From contig NC_134027.1 in NCBI RefSeq assembly GCF_964204645.1, positions 16,028,485 to 16,092,484 of the forward strand: DNA of 64,000 bases, written 5' to 3'. The notes beneath the pieces were generated by a model. The model saw nothing but the letters and a program-made list of their open reading frames with translations, searched no databases and was not told where the DNA came from. Source of the stretch: Tubulanus polymorphus (Eukaryota > Animalia > Nemertea). Made by a program: the position numbers and the translations under genes. Shown here in pieces: positions 22,735 through 34,473 of this stretch (its first letter is position 1; every line of letters starts with the position of its first letter).

Positions 22735-23361
22735 TTATAAACTTCCACAAACATTGGGTTTATGGGTATCGTGAGATTGACGATGTTCGCGTCTCCGGGT
22801 AGTTCTGCTCTTGTATTCTGTCCATGGTCCATCTTTATCGTCCCAGGTGGTGTCAACGTTGTCCGCATCCAATTCTTGATAATACAATTCATATCTAGCC
22901 TCCAAATACCACCGAACCCAGTCTAACACTGTCATGTGATTTGGCGTCTGTGATTCGGTTAGAATATATTTAAAAATATCCAACATAGCGTCTATGAATT
23001 GTTCCGTAAAGTTACATTGTACCAAAAGACGTCTCATTTCAACCATGACATAATCTTTACCGTATAGATCACGAAAATCGATCACTGTTGCAAATTGTTT
23101 CAAATCGTAATCAAAGTCCTGCAGCAATGTACATTCAGCTATTATTAAAGCACGCTCTATAAACCATGTGTAATCATACGCATGATCTATGAAACAACTA
23201 TCTACACGACCTTCTTCGTAGCTTTTTTCATAAGATTTATAATATTCACTGGGTAGCCATAACGCTTCACATAATTTTAACTCACGTGGGTACAAGGGGG
23301 ACTGGGTAGATCGAATATTCTGGACAGTAGACGTTTTTCGCTGTTTCGCGGCACCAGGCAT
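22735..23361 (-). CDS. Hypothetical protein, paralogue of 45972-46481
   Basis: Shared LYPxxLxLCEALWLPxEYY, CxFTxxFIxA and WxRxYLE motifs. Confidence 0.7.
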   Translation of the reverse strand: MPGAAKQRKTSTVQNIRSTQSPLYPRELKLCEALWLPSEYYKSYEKSYEEGRVDSCFIDHAYDYTWFIERALIIAECTLLQDFDYDLKQFATVIDFRDLYGKDYVMVEMRRLLVQCNFTEQFIDAMLDIFKYILTESQTPNHMTVLDWVRWYLEARYELYYQELDADNVDTTWDDKDGPWTEYKSRTTRRREHRQSHDTHKPNVCGSL

Positions 23362-23688
23362 CTTGAAATGTGTGTATGTCTAAATGATTATTAACATTTG
23401 GTATAGTATATGGTATAGTATATGGTATAGTATATATAACCCCTATATGAAAAAATCCCTCTGCGCGGAAAAACGCCGTTGTCTCGATTGAAATGGACTA
23501 AGGTAGTTGGCTGCATGTCTTTTGCAAAGTTTCAGGCTCATCGGAGTTTGGGAATGTGTAGATGGCGAGGCGATTAAGGGGTGTACAGGGGTAGGGTCAC
23601 CCCCCCCCCCATATGAAAAATTTTCATCTGCGTCATTCAGCCGAACATAGAGAACCACTGCGTGTGCCTGTTTATCTAGACCACCCTT

Positions 23689-24110
23689 AACCATGTTATA
23701 GGGAAGCGCGGAGATAGCGACACGGCGGTATTGTGTCCTGCGGCTGTCGGACAAGAACCGAGACGAGATACACGATAGCAGCTGCAAGCCGTGTCAGGAT
23801 GATGGTGAAATGTGTCGGAGAATCGGTGAAGTGTTGGACAAAGTGAAAAATTGTGAAGTTGGAAATTTCAAAAAAGTCCCCCAGAAAATCAAAAACAGTG
23901 ACACTATACTATAGCTGGGGTACCGGGGTTCTGGGGTATCTGGGGTACTTGGGGTACCAGAAAAAACAGGTGACTGTTCCATTTTAACAGAATTTTTGGA
24001 ACTTAAATTAGTACTAATTTCTGGTACCCCAAGTACCCCAGATACCCCAGAACCCCGGTACCCCAGCTATAGTATAGTGTCACTGTTTTTGATTTTCTGG
24101 GGGACTTTTT
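23689..24110. repeat. Palindrome copy 1 (93-bp arms 23871-23963 / 24018-24110, 54-bp spacer); direct repeat of 48694-49116
   Basis: Read directly; about 420 bp nearly identical to copy 2. Confidence 0.9.
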
Positions 24111-24289
24111 GGAAAATGTTGAAAATTTGAAAATTTGGCCAAGTTCGAAAATTTTTCATTTTCCATTCACCATAATATATGATGTTTATTCTTGACTTTA
24201 TGCCATGTCAGACTCATACGGCTCACTGTGCTGCTGCTGCATCATTGCCTTAGCTCCATGTCTTGGCACAAATCTCTTGCTACTGCATG

Positions 24290-24648
24290 TGCTTGCAGCG
24301 GCCACAGCATGCTTCGTCTCGGTTCTTGTCCGACAGCCGCGGGACACATTACCGCCGTGTCGCCCATCGCCCGCTTCCCTATACAGGGTTTGGGGTTGGT
24401 TGGTTGGTTGGTTGGTTGGTTGGTTGGTTGGTTGGACTTGTGCATTTTAGACATTAATTATAAATTGGTGGCTTACGATCGATACACACACTCGACTTGT
24501 GTTCAGCTCAGAGATGTGCCTGCGTGTGCTTGCAGCTGCATCGTATGTCGAGTCTCGGTTCTTGTCCGACAACCGCGGGACACAATACCGCCGTGTCGCC
24601 CATCATCCGCTTCCCCTATACAGGGTAGAGTGGTTGGTTGGTTGGTTG
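24290..24648 (+). repeat. Two diverged inverted copies of the outer palindrome arm, each followed by (TTGG)n
   Basis: GTCTCGGTTCTTGTCCGACA.CCGCGGGACACA.TACCGCCGTGTCGCC at about 24316 and 24553, reverse complement of about 23717-23765. Confidence 0.8.
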
Positions 24649-25084
24649 TTCGATTACGGAACGAACTCTTTTTGGACTGAGTGATTGAGTGAGATAAGTA
24701 TGTGTTATCTAACCTCTTGGAAAAAGTTCGAACTTGGCTTATTTCTCCTCTCGTAACCTTACTTCTCCTCTCGTAACCCATGCACTGCATCGCAATCGAA
24801 ATGGTGAGAAATAAGCCAATAAAACAAGTACCCGCACTTGCCCACCATTCACTGCAATTCTAAATGATAAATCAATGAAATTGTCACATTGTTGGTGGTG
24901 TCCACCATTCACTGCAGATCTAAATGCTACAAAATCATCAATCTTGTGCTAATTCAGGAGTTAATTTCTCAACTTTTTGTACGCCATCGATACGAATGCA
25001 TACATCATGCCCCGCCTCGTACAAATCTTCGAATCGCAACACACGGCCTCCTAACTTTTTAAACATGTCCATGTCAGAACCATA

Positions 25085-26627
25085 AACCCCATCTACACTA
25101 GAGAAAATACCGGCATTGTTGCGTCTATACTAAGCCAAAATCCCGGGATTTTGATTACCGGTTCCAAAAATACCGGTACCGTTTGGACCCCCAAATTTGC
25201 CGATCCGAATAATCCCGCTATTCTGAATGGCGGTATTTTGCCTGTGTAGACGCGTCGTCTCGAGCGGAACGCTATTTTTACGTCGTCGTTTGTGTTTATT
25301 CGCACGTGTTTCAGCGCACAGTTCTCGTTTGTCAGTCTATTGAATAAAATAGAATTTAGTTTTAGATTTTATTAGCTTCCAGAATTGTTTATGTTGTCCA
25401 ATATATGTATGGAACAGTACAGTGGAACCTCGTTACAACGAAGTCATGGGGACCCATGACATAAATCTGTCATAAAATGAACCTCTGATATAATCATAGT
25501 GGAACCTTGATCTAACATACCCTTTATTCAATGAAGAGGAACGGTCAATCAATTTATAGCAACCTAAATGCAGTGGACCCTAGTCAGATATCTGACTTAG
25601 TTATATTCGGCCTTCATATCTGGTTTTGGACAGTAGATATCAGATTTTTAAAATGGGACAAAACTAAGAGTATAATATTATACTAAGTGGACCCTCGATC
25701 TATCGAACACAAGGGACTAAAGATTTAAAATTTGTTATAACCGATAGATATCCGAATATTATCGTTTGGGACAAAATATTTGATATCAGATAATTCATGA
25801 TAAAAGGGTTGGTTAGATCGAAGTTCCACTGTATGTGTCGTTGAGTTTAGAATGAATCTGCCCTTGCCCTTTCCAATTAAAGAAGTTTAAACCTCGTAAA
25901 GAAATACATTACAGTCCAACTTTGTTGATGAGAATCATGTTTTGTACGTGTCCATCACAATAATCCCATTGGCCTACAAATCCAGTAGAGGGTGTGGATT
26001 CGGGATATATGTCTCTGTCATGTCATTTCATAACCCTAACCCTTAGTCTAGATTTCACGTCGTCTTACCTGTATGACAAATCTCTCTCAGATCTTACTTC
26101 AAGCTCAGATGCTTATTAAGGGGAATTCTTATTGTTATGACAGTAGGCCATCTATACATCAAGAAGATTACTGTCGAACCTCGATATAACGTCCTTTTTT
26201 ATACCGCATTTCTCTTCTCTTTATCAGCATTTTTTCCGAGCACAAAAATTATGATGCGGTTTTACTGTATATGATGAAATTGTCTAGCAATGGTTAAACT
26301 AGGGTTACAACTAATTTTTGCTTGAGAACAGTGAAAATTTGACTTGAAGCAAATTATGTATTGTCCAAGTACAGTGGAACCTCGTTATAATGAAGTAATG
26401 GGGACCCCAAAATAAGTTGGTTATAAACGATAATTCGTTATAACAGGGTAGATGTTAATACTTTGGTCTCATTGGGAGCGTCGGACCATGGAAATAGCGA
26501 ACCGAACCAATAATTAAAATATCGAACTGAAATTCTTTAATGTAGACGCGCGCTCGTGAAAATACCGTTACTATAAATAGCGATCCAGAGAATACCGGCA
26601 TTTTCGAACGCTAGTGTAGATGGGGCT
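25085..26627. mobile_element. Non-autonomous Harbinger/PIF-like element carrying nested MITE fragments
   Basis: TIRs AACCCCATCTACACTAG / CTAGTGTAGATGGGGCT; 3-bp ATA duplication at 25082-25084 and 26628-26630. Confidence 0.75.
25420..26450. mobile_element. Cluster of pogo/Tigger-like (Tc1-mariner) MITE ends
   Basis: TA|CAGTGGAACCTCG at 25420 and 26371; variants at about 25498, 25571, 25686 and 26172; right end CGAAGTTCCACTG|TA at 25831. Confidence 0.7.
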
Positions 26628-27656
26628 ATAGTGAACCATGTTGGCCCGATGCAAATAATGCATGTATTCTCGTTCAAATCCTTTTAAGCTCATCGGCTTG
26701 ACCACGAGACAACATGCGTTCGTAAAAATCTCTCTTGAATTTGTTACCAAACACGCTTATTTCTCCATTTCTCACCCGGGTTACAAGAGGAGAACTAAAG
26801 ATACAAGAGGAGAAATAAGCCCATTTGGACTTGTAAAAATTCTGGTAACTCTAATAATGCATGACTCCGCGCAAAAACATTGTCCATCTTTTTTTCTTTG
26901 GCGAAGCGGGCTGAGAGCGCGAATAGCGCGATATGTGCCGGGGAACCGCTGCGCTAGCAAAATACTGCGAGGATGTAAGCAAAAACGCCAACAAATCATT
27001 AGATATTACTAGCAGAGAGACATTACAATAGCATAAACACACTAAACACACATGTGAGCAAAAAATAAAACGAGAGTACAAAAATGTAAATATGGGCCCC
27101 TCGACATTATATAGTAGAGTAGTTAGTACGTTTTTGGAGTACATTTTTGATGTAAAATTTTATATATATTCTTGTTTTCTAAAAATTCAGTTAAATATTA
27201 GAAGTCCATATTTTTCTGAACCAACCAATGTTTTTACCCTTCTTGATGAAGAAATTTAATAAGTATATGACCACGGCTTGCCGTTGAGAAATACTACATG
27301 AGTGTCACGAAGAGTTTTGTCAAGCAGTGGCATCAGTTTTTGAATCATGCTTGTTTTACCTGCCCCTGGTGAGCCACCCAATATGACTTCGTGTACGAAT
27401 GATCGGTAGTGTTCTCTGGCTTGTTCCATGATTAGAATGTGCGAACAAATCACTAAAGTTCGGTCATGGTCTAATATAGTTGTTTGAGTTACAAAAGCGA
27501 GATACAAAATCTGAGATACAAAAAAATCCTCACTCCTGACAATTGTTACCAAATCACAACACGTAAAAAATTACAATAAATTTACAATTACATGATTTTA
27601 TTACATCAAACTATTCAAATCACACGCATAAATATATGTACATTCATTTACAAAAT

Positions 27657-29936
27657 TTAAACTCCACTCATGATAGAGATTTGCTTATAAGAGTTCTGAA
27701 TGTATGTGGGTAGTTCAATGCGAACAAATTCACAAGTTTCGGTGCGTAACACTGGCAATTGTTGCAAGTTCAGTTTATGTCTAGCTGATTTTAATCGTTT
27801 CTTGCTGGGTAGCATCCATCTTTTTTGAACGGTTTCGATAATTTTGGCAGCTTCGAGCGAACAGCCACCAACCACGGCACAAGAACCATCGCTAGCATTA
27901 TCACTACTGGCGGCGTTATTCTTACCACCTATGCTAACGATTTTGCCGTTGTCGTCAACTTGTACGCGTAGCGATTCACTGACTTTATGATTTTTCACCA
28001 AATCAAAAGACACCAAAAGTCTATCCAAGTTCATTTGATAATCCGTCTTGTTGTACCTGGCATATTTATCCGTTATCAGAGTCAGATTGCGATTGCATGT
28101 GATGCTCTGCATAATAAATCCAAAAATGTCCTTGGTGTTGTACTTTACACCAGTGTTTTTGAGTAGCGCTTCCAGGCAGCGTTGAATAACGACTATTGTG
28201 TGATCAGCAGTCTCCATGGCACTGATTTGAAGAAAAACAGCATGAATATCGTTATCGTCCTTGGCCATAGCCGTTTGATGTTCGGTTAGAGTTGTTCCGG
28301 TGATATGCTCCCAAATTTGATCGTTTACAATTGGGAACAAAATGTTCAAGTGTAGCAGTATCGATTCGAGAATCAAACACATCATGGCTCCGTTGTGCAT
28401 GCCTGGGGTGATGGGACAAGTCAACAAAGCGTGGCTGATGTATTTGTCGGCGGTGTCTCGATCGAAAATCAGACTCGGGTAGTTGGTGGGTAATATGCCC
28501 ATGGAGCCGTACATGGGACACAGGCCGTCTAAAAAATCCAATTCGTTCGATTCTTCTTTCTTTTGCACATTGCGTTTGTTAAACTCCGTGGCCATCGTAA
28601 CAGCCAGAGTTGTGATCATATCAGCAGAGGCGTCGTTGTCACGGCGTTTTTTCATCCGAGTTTCTTTATTATCCGTGTAAGAGTGTTGAACATTGACCAA
28701 GTCCAACATATTGCTCACGTTAGCTAGCACTACAGGTTCGAATGTTTTTTTAGCATTTGCAGCAGCCGCCTCGCTAGACAACATATTGTTCATTTTGATA
28801 ATACGATCCTTATAGGTTTCTTTCGGATTCTCGTAATTTTGTATCACTCTGCCGTGATAGGTATCACCGAAGCCTGACGACGAGAAATGCGACCAGTTGA
28901 GTATGGAATCCAAGTCGATTGTTTGGGTAAGTGGATTTTCGCCACACAGACCGTTTTTCAAGTCCTCTGCGTGTTTCAATTTAAAATGTCTAAACGCAAG
29001 TTGAAGAAATTCGAAACGGGCACTAAACATCTTCAACATTCGTTCCTGTTGATATTTTATCGATGTATCACGATTAGAAACGTGTAACCCGACAATGCAC
29101 TCCCATCGTTTGCGCAATTCTTCGAATTGTAATAAAATATCACGATCTGCCCCCGTTGTTTCTGTCGCCAATGGTGCAGCTGGTCGTTCTTCTTTGGGTT
29201 GTGTTGAATGTCTTCTAGATGACGATACTGGAGTTGTTGTTGTTGTTGCTTCACCAACAGCGCTTATGAACGAAACATTTTCTATGATATTTGTACTCGT
29301 TATAGACGAAGGTGCTTTATTTTTCGACATTTCAGGTAGTTGGTTGACTGGTGAATTGTGTGGCGCTTTCGGGATAGTATCGTTGCTAGGTTTTTGTTTT
29401 TGCGGTTTCTGTCGATAGGAAGGTTTGGACACTGTCTCTTCGTTTGGCCGCTCCGGTCTATCTTTCTCTGGTGTAGTCGATCTATGCACGACAGCTTCAA
29501 CTACGACAGTGGTGGTTTGATTGTTATTATCACCAACTTCAGCACCAGCACAGTTGGATAAATTGTCAACACCATTATCCTGGGTATCGTTTTGCTGCTC
29601 TTCTGTTGGCGCCTGGGTTTCCATATCTTCGTATCTTTGAGCCTGTGGTTCATCTTTATCTTTGTCTTCTCCATGGTCACTTTGTTCACCTTCACTGCTT
29701 TCTTCACCATCATCTTCGGAATCAGAGTCGTCATCCTCACCAGATTCTTCTGCCTCATTTTCCTCTCCTTCTGCCTCTTCTTCTAGTTCCACTTGGGGAT
29801 CTTCAATAAGTTGTAGTTGTTCATATTCACCCTCACCACCACTGGTCCCGCTGTCATTAACGACATCTTGCTCTTTTGACTGCGATGCAGACTCGGTCTT
29901 TTTTCCGCGACTTGAACTTCTAGTAGTCTTTCCCAT
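27657..29936 (-). CDS. Hypothetical protein with long acidic/disordered N-terminus
   Basis: Long ORF; likely start MGKTTRSSSRG at 29936. Confidence 0.75.
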   Translation of the reverse strand: MGKTTRSSSRGKKTESASQSKEQDVVNDSGTSGGEGEYEQLQLIEDPQVELEEEAEGEENEAEESGEDDDSDSEDDGEESSEGEQSDHGEDKDKDEPQAQRYEDMETQAPTEEQQNDTQDNGVDNLSNCAGAEVGDNNNQTTTVVVEAVVHRSTTPEKDRPERPNEETVSKPSYRQKPQKQKPSNDTIPKAPHNSPVNQLPEMSKNKAPSSITSTNIIENVSFISAVGEATTTTTPVSSSRRHSTQPKEERPAAPLATETTGADRDILLQFEELRKRWECIVGLHVSNRDTSIKYQQERMLKMFSARFEFLQLAFRHFKLKHAEDLKNGLCGENPLTQTIDLDSILNWSHFSSSGFGDTYHGRVIQNYENPKETYKDRIIKMNNMLSSEAAAANAKKTFEPVVLANVSNMLDLVNVQHSYTDNKETRMKKRRDNDASADMITTLAVTMATEFNKRNVQKKEESNELDFLDGLCPMYGSMGILPTNYPSLIFDRDTADKYISHALLTCPITPGMHNGAMMCLILESILLHLNILFPIVNDQIWEHITGTTLTEHQTAMAKDDNDIHAVFLQISAMETADHTIVVIQRCLEALLKNTGVKYNTKDIFGFIMQSITCNRNLTLITDKYARYNKTDYQMNLDRLLVSFDLVKNHKVSESLRVQVDDNGKIVSIGGKNNAASSDNASDGSCAVVGGCSLEAAKIIETVQKRWMLPSKKRLKSARHKLNLQQLPVLRTETCEFVRIELPTYIQNSYKQISIMSGV

Positions 29937-30291
29937 TATTGTAGCTTGGCCAGGGTAACTGCTGGGTTGTGGACGTGTGTGTTCAGATGAGAGTATTCCA
30001 ATGGAATGATGGCTGGTGAGAAAAACGAACTGATTAAATACATGGTTTGGTGAGGTATAAACTTTTGTAACCCAAATGTAACAATCTAACATTACATGTA
30101 CGGTGAGGTACCTTTTTTCGTAACACAAGTAAAGTTAACAGAGAATGTCTGTGGGTGAGAAAATATTTTTCTAACTTACGGACTTGGTTTTAATGAAACG
30201 AATTGCACCATTCTCACTTTCAATTCATCTACTCGGACAGACAACATCTCACGCAATTTTTTAATTATTCTCAAGTTCCAGAAGTTACGAA

Positions 30292-32313
30292 ATGTCGTAC
30301 CCCGGACTGGATTGTAATATTTACAGCTTTGGTGACAGTTTACAATACGATCAGCAGCTCCAGCTTCAGCAACAACCAGTTACCCCGATACAGCACAATG
30401 GTTATACGGATCTCGTTACAGTAGGTAGTACTCAGCAAGTATTGAGACCATCACAATCGACGCCGCAGCAACAAGAACAGCAATATACCCAGTACAGTTC
30501 ACAACAACAACAAACAGCAGCTCCTGCATCATCAGTATCAACAATTATGCAGTTGTCAGGATTATCCGGTTTAGCGAGTTATGTACCCACCAGAGTCAAC
30601 AACAAAAGACCCAGATCATCAGTCGACCAGCATGAATATCGACCAACACCGATCACTGCATTGAGAATTCAACAAGAAGAAAAGCGCATTCGAACTTCAC
30701 TCTGCACAAGCAAAGATTCACAAAATTGTGATGGTGGTGGTAATGATACACCTACCATGGACGAATCGCAAGATATCGATAGAGTACCCAAACCAGCTCA
30801 ACAAGCTAACTTACCCGACGATCGCATGTGGTTGGATAAACTTATGGACATGGTTAAAAAAACCTCAACTAAAGTTGTAGCAGATGATACATCTGAGCAA
30901 TCAACGGTGTCGGACTATATCAATGCAAATATCTACGATTCTAAACTTGTGAATAAAAGTTTCAAGAATCGGTTGGCGAGTTCTAGCACCGACAACAAAA
31001 TGACCACGTTTACTATACCTGAGGCGATCGAATTCTTATACAATAACACCAACTCTGATACCGATAAGTTACACAACCTAATGAATGGACAAATTACGCC
31101 TACGACGTGGTCTCTGGGCGACGAGGAGTTTATCCGAGAGTCAGAAGAACAACAGAAAGAACTAAAACTTGTCGATCGCTTGGAATTGTTTAAACAAGTG
31201 CCCGAGTTCGCCAAGTTTAAAGCTCTCATGTTGAAAAAAGAGCCACAACGATTCCACAACACGTTCTTCGATTATGTGAAGTATATGTTCACAGCAACCG
31301 ACGAATTGGAAGTGGTAGAGCAAACACACGGAGCAATCTTCAAGTACATTAACACAGAGGGACCATTAAAATTCAAAACTCTCATCTTGGATTTAGCGGT
31401 GCCAATTTTCCAAGTTTACGCGATTTCCACGGCTCGTATGCTTTGCGAGTACTTGCTGTTTGAGAACACTCACACGTTTCCCGCAGCACAACAAAATGAC
31501 ACGGCAGCAGCCAATGGACTATTTGAACACAGCACCGCTAAACATATGCCGGGCAAATATACAAGTCGTAATCTACAACGTACCCGTGCTTGTCTCAATC
31601 TACTCGCGTACAAACTGATCAAGCTATACAGGGCAGTTGTGAAAAATCCAATTGACTACGAGGACGGTCTTATTGAATTGTTGGAAGAAGTCGACCTAAT
31701 GCGTCGCGAATGTGAAATAAACATTGTTGGACTTAGTATGGTATCCAAAAGTCTGTTTTATCAATCGTTATTGACAGACGAGGTTACAAATTCTGTCTTT
31801 GACGATGATAACGAGAGCCAGGCCAGCGACGACGAGGAGGCAGCAGCTGTATACGATGCACTTGTGCGTGAAAGGCGGGAATTCACAAGAGTTGCGTCGT
31901 TTCTCACCGATAGAGAAAAACAACTATACGCGGCAACCACAGTGGCGGCAAATATCCAAAATTCACTGGACAAACTAGACTATGCAATCGAACTTGTGCA
32001 AATGCCCGAAAAGTATGGATATATTAACCGAGATGGTGGACTTAAACCAGAGTGGTATAATGACCGCCATGAATTTACGCGTACCCAAGTGAAAGAGGAA
32101 AAACTCTCTGCTCTTCGCCTAGCCGAAGAACACATGCGGGTGTCCGCTAATCGTGCTCGTACTGGAATCGTGCAAAGATACAATGTTGGATATATCACCA
32201 AGTCGTACATCGGCTTGAAGGCACTTTTAATGAAAACCGAACATTATAAAAAGTTTGTTGGCAACAGTGTTGAAATGATCACCATGTACTATGTTGGTAA
32301 TAATAATGCGTAA
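30292..32313 (+). CDS. Hypothetical protein with Q-rich N-terminus
   Basis: 673-aa ORF from ATG; AATAAA downstream. Confidence 0.8.
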   Translation: MSYPGLDCNIYSFGDSLQYDQQLQLQQQPVTPIQHNGYTDLVTVGSTQQVLRPSQSTPQQQEQQYTQYSSQQQQTAAPASSVSTIMQLSGLSGLASYVPTRVNNKRPRSSVDQHEYRPTPITALRIQQEEKRIRTSLCTSKDSQNCDGGGNDTPTMDESQDIDRVPKPAQQANLPDDRMWLDKLMDMVKKTSTKVVADDTSEQSTVSDYINANIYDSKLVNKSFKNRLASSSTDNKMTTFTIPEAIEFLYNNTNSDTDKLHNLMNGQITPTTWSLGDEEFIRESEEQQKELKLVDRLELFKQVPEFAKFKALMLKKEPQRFHNTFFDYVKYMFTATDELEVVEQTHGAIFKYINTEGPLKFKTLILDLAVPIFQVYAISTARMLCEYLLFENTHTFPAAQQNDTAAANGLFEHSTAKHMPGKYTSRNLQRTRACLNLLAYKLIKLYRAVVKNPIDYEDGLIELLEEVDLMRRECEINIVGLSMVSKSLFYQSLLTDEVTNSVFDDDNESQASDDEEAAAVYDALVRERREFTRVASFLTDREKQLYAATTVAANIQNSLDKLDYAIELVQMPEKYGYINRDGGLKPEWYNDRHEFTRTQVKEEKLSALRLAEEHMRVSANRARTGIVQRYNVGYITKSYIGLKALLMKTEHYKKFVGNSVEMITMYYVGNNNA

Positions 32314-32625
32314 TTGTAAATTGTGAACATGAATTGTAAAATGTGTAAAAATAATCTTGTACATACTTTTATACTTTTATATTTCAATAATAAATGTGTA
32401 AAAATGAAAATTATATTATAGTGTGTCTATGCTTTGCCTTTCTATGTCGGGACTTTGTAGCTTATTTCTCCTCTCGTAACCTTATTTCTCCTCTTGTAAC
32501 CTGGAAGTCAGTGAGTCATTGTTCGAGAATTTTATCTCACACGTTACAAGAGGAGAAATAAGCAAATTTGGGCGAACATTAGCGAGCGAACAACCCTACC
32601 AAATATTTCCTATTTGGACTTGTCA

Positions 32626-34314
32626 ATGGAATTTGAAAATATATTTTCGTCTCTAACAATGTTGTTGATCGACCCCTCATCAAATGCGGACGACAGAGAA
32701 CAGACTTTAGGGGATAGTAACACAGTTGTTGTGGACGAACAACAGTTGGAAACTATAGACATAGAAGCAGATGGAGATGGTGGTAGCGTCAGCGACCAAT
32801 CCTCAGACTATGGAGATGATTTTGCGTCCATTGGTGACGGTGAATACCCAACAGACACCACCACCAGTTACCCAGACCCACAATCCGATCTGTTTCTGGT
32901 TCACAACCCTTACTGCAACATACAAGTTGAGAGTATAGGGCTTGTTGAGAAAGAGGTTTATGTACAGAAAAAGGCATGTGTGCTATTTGTGCTCATAATA
33001 TTGGTAATGTTTATGTTTTTCTTCAGACTGGTATACTATTACTCGGCCATTAAGGACATACCCCCGATCAAGTGTCTAGATTCACTTGTCGAACTTTGCC
33101 AATTTTCCATGGTGGTTTTTGGTGTACTTATATTTATGTATAGCAAAATACTCTTTACTAAAATAAGAGTTCTATGCAAGTATGTGCGCACGATAGCCAA
33201 GGATCAGGACGAATGGAATAGAAAATATCGCAAACGATTTGGTAAGGGTTCATACCACAAACATTTAATACACTCGGTGAAAGATAGAGTCCGAGAGCTA
33301 CGTTATGGTATAAAACCACCAGGCGTAGATGACTTGGACTCTACTACTGAACCACCACCAAATCGAGCTGTCGCCAAAAAATCTAAAAAACGAGTTGAAT
33401 TTTCAGAGGACTCTGACTCAAGTGATTCCGATAGCAATGTCGATGAACGACAACGTTTAGTAAAATCAAAATCATCTCACGGACCCGAAAAAGCTAAAAA
33501 TTTGCTACACAAGATGCTCATATCATCATCCGAAGATGAAGCGGTAGATGAAGATAGTCAACAATTGACCATCAGGCCACCAGGTATGATAGTCAATGGC
33601 AAGAACTCTGCGCTTCAACAACGCAAAAGATTGGACAGAATGAATAAAATTGATAAAATTATCGGAGATTCTGTACTCTATGAGCCCTTGCACAAGGCCA
33701 CAACCCATGTGGGCAGCAGAGTCCGTAAGTACGATAATTTTTACAAGACGATTCTTCGTCGTCGCAATACCACACAATCACAAACATCAGCGGTACCCAC
33801 ATCAACCACCGCCGATCACCCGGCACAGGAGCACGCAGCCACGGCTAAAAGTGTAATCGAGGACTTGAACATGGAAAAGTCACTTAGAACCGTGTCGTCA
33901 AACATCCCCAATAAAACAATGTTGGGATTAGACTCTTTACCCAGCGAATATCCCCTATCTCACGAGAAAAAGTTCAAGAAACGGAATAGATCCGTTAAGT
34001 ACATGATACAAAAACGATTGACCACCTACAAAAAGTGGGCAATGGTTTTTCCCGTTATGCATGTTGTGACTGGGTTTATATGGATAGGTATGGCAGCCAA
34101 TGTGGCCACATTTTCCTCGAATCAGAACGAAATCGTGATTGTGGACCCGGTGTGCACTTCTGCTTATATTTTCAATTGTTGTTGTGGTGGACTTGTCATT
34201 TTATTCAACATTATCGTTGGTGTGGGTATTGTGCTGGCCGAGGGCAATCAAAGTATCGGCTCGGGGATCAAACAGACTGAAACATGTATTGCTACTGGGG
34301 GTGGGGGATTGTAA
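32626..34314 (+). CDS. Four-TM membrane protein with a large basic/acidic loop
   Basis: Two hydrophobic helices near aa 120-175 and two near the C-terminus; loosely TMEM272-like topology (tentative). Confidence 0.7.
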   Translation: MEFENIFSSLTMLLIDPSSNADDREQTLGDSNTVVVDEQQLETIDIEADGDGGSVSDQSSDYGDDFASIGDGEYPTDTTTSYPDPQSDLFLVHNPYCNIQVESIGLVEKEVYVQKKACVLFVLIILVMFMFFFRLVYYYSAIKDIPPIKCLDSLVELCQFSMVVFGVLIFMYSKILFTKIRVLCKYVRTIAKDQDEWNRKYRKRFGKGSYHKHLIHSVKDRVRELRYGIKPPGVDDLDSTTEPPPNRAVAKKSKKRVEFSEDSDSSDSDSNVDERQRLVKSKSSHGPEKAKNLLHKMLISSSEDEAVDEDSQQLTIRPPGMIVNGKNSALQQRKRLDRMNKIDKIIGDSVLYEPLHKATTHVGSRVRKYDNFYKTILRRRNTTQSQTSAVPTSTTADHPAQEHAATAKSVIEDLNMEKSLRTVSSNIPNKTMLGLDSLPSEYPLSHEKKFKKRNRSVKYMIQKRLTTYKKWAMVFPVMHVVTGFIWIGMAANVATFSSNQNEIVIVDPVCTSAYIFNCCCGGLVILFNIIVGVGIVLAEGNQSIGSGIKQTETCIATGGGGL

Positions 34315-34473
34315 ATGATGACAAAATGACCTGTACAAAATGTTAAATGAAATAAAAAGCTGATTTTTTGTAACATAAATTAACAATAAATTTTATTATC
34401 ACAACATATAACACAGAGATTTGACGTTTTTTTATTTATCTACTTTTGAGAAAAATTAATTGTGTGAATGTTA

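Larger units (their letters stand above)
24939..27430 (-). pseudogene. Fragmented deoxynucleoside/thymidylate-kinase-like gene
   Basis: P-loop VILGGSPGAGKTS (about 27350-27390); lid-like YERMLSRGQADELK/GFEREYMHYLH (about 26730-26650, with a 1-nt shift); the frame continues across the Harbinger-like insertion. Confidence 0.5.

Noticed and set aside
23398-23436. (TGGTATAGTATA)x3
   Set aside because: Simple minisatellite with no further evidence.
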